A stretch of DNA of 40,587 nucleotides from a virus, in IMG/VR virus record IMGVR_UViG_3300020156_000015, positions 1-40,587 of that record; one strand, given 5' to 3'. Of this stretch, positions 40,461-40,587 are shown in pieces. The translations under genes were made by a program, and so were the position numbers. A model generated the notes under the pieces. The model did not search any database. It was not told the origin of the DNA and worked only from the letters and a program-made list of their open reading frames with translations. Numbering within the stretch: the first letter of the stretch is position 1; each line of letters opens with the position of its first letter.

Positions 40461-40587
40461 CCACTCCATAGCGCAACAGCAAGGGCGGTTCTTCGGAGCC
40501 GCCCTTTTTCTTTGGGCAAGTGAGAGCCCCCGCCAGCCCTCAACGATCCCGTCGCGCGCCTTCAACAAGCCCGTGACATCACCGCGC
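40461..40587. repeat. Terminal direct repeat, copy 2
   Basis: Identical to 1-127. Confidence 0.97.
40483..40513 (+). terminator. Intrinsic terminator (duplicate copy of 23..53)
   Basis: Same sequence as 23..53, inside the terminal repeat. Confidence 0.8.

Noticed and set aside
1-40587. CRISPR arrays, rRNA genes, complete tRNA genes and transposase/IS elements.
   Set aside because: I saw no regularly spaced direct repeats, rRNA-like segments, complete cloverleaf tRNAs or DDE/serine transposase motifs on either strand.

Overview
This window is one complete, GC-rich temperate phage genome. Bases 1-127 repeat exactly at 40461-40587, so the unit genome is 40,460 bp, either a circular assembly overlap or physical terminal repeats. 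About 80 tightly packed genes fall into clear modules, many joined by ATGA/GTGA/TGATG start-stop overlaps.

- **Lysis operon (166-2733, +):** a small TM protein, an HTH-metallophosphoesterase fusion, a putative endolysin, a GTA-type 3-TM holin and a Cys-rich protein.
- **Accessory operon next to attP (3104-4348, -):** a MazG-like pyrophosphohydrolase, a small lipoprotein with a His-Me/HNH-like motif, and small ORFs.
- **attP (about 4349-4583):** the 3' part of a tRNA-Val(GAC) gene flanked by five direct GACTGACGCGA arm-type repeats, followed by tyrosine integrase and excisionase.
- **Leftward early operon (13598 down to 5789):** RHH and dual-HTH regulators, a Rad52-type annealase, SSB, an HNH/DUF968-like protein, two DUF551-like paralogs and many small ORFs.
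- **Lambda-like immunity region:** an S24-peptidase CI repressor flanked on both sides by 16-bp palindromic operators (TCRCAT-N4-ATGYGA), with a divergent Cro-like gene.
- **Rightward early operon (14616-20203):** a GapR-like protein, RusA, an XF1762/Mom-like GNAT-fold protein, and a replication initiator with internal GTGAC iterons.
- **hicAB toxin-antitoxin moron.**
- **Podovirus-like late module (21036-37762):** TerS, TerL, portal, scaffold, major capsid, adaptor/tail proteins, an embedded GNAT acetyltransferase, three large internal-virion-like proteins, a tail fibre and a LamG-like protein.
- **After the late module:** a reverse-strand PhyH-type dioxygenase moron, two hypotheticals and an ORF6N/KilA-N antirepressor.

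GapR and the GTA-type holin point to an alphaproteobacterial host. All family names come from motif recognition by eye; no database search was run. No single obviously novel multi-gene system is proven. The best candidates for follow-up are listed in findings: a DNA motif conserved in both orientations inside coding regions, the attP-proximal MazG/lipoprotein-nuclease operon, the tail-module GNAT, the Mom-like GNAT, the PhyH moron, and a codon-aligned antisense ORF pair in the early operon.
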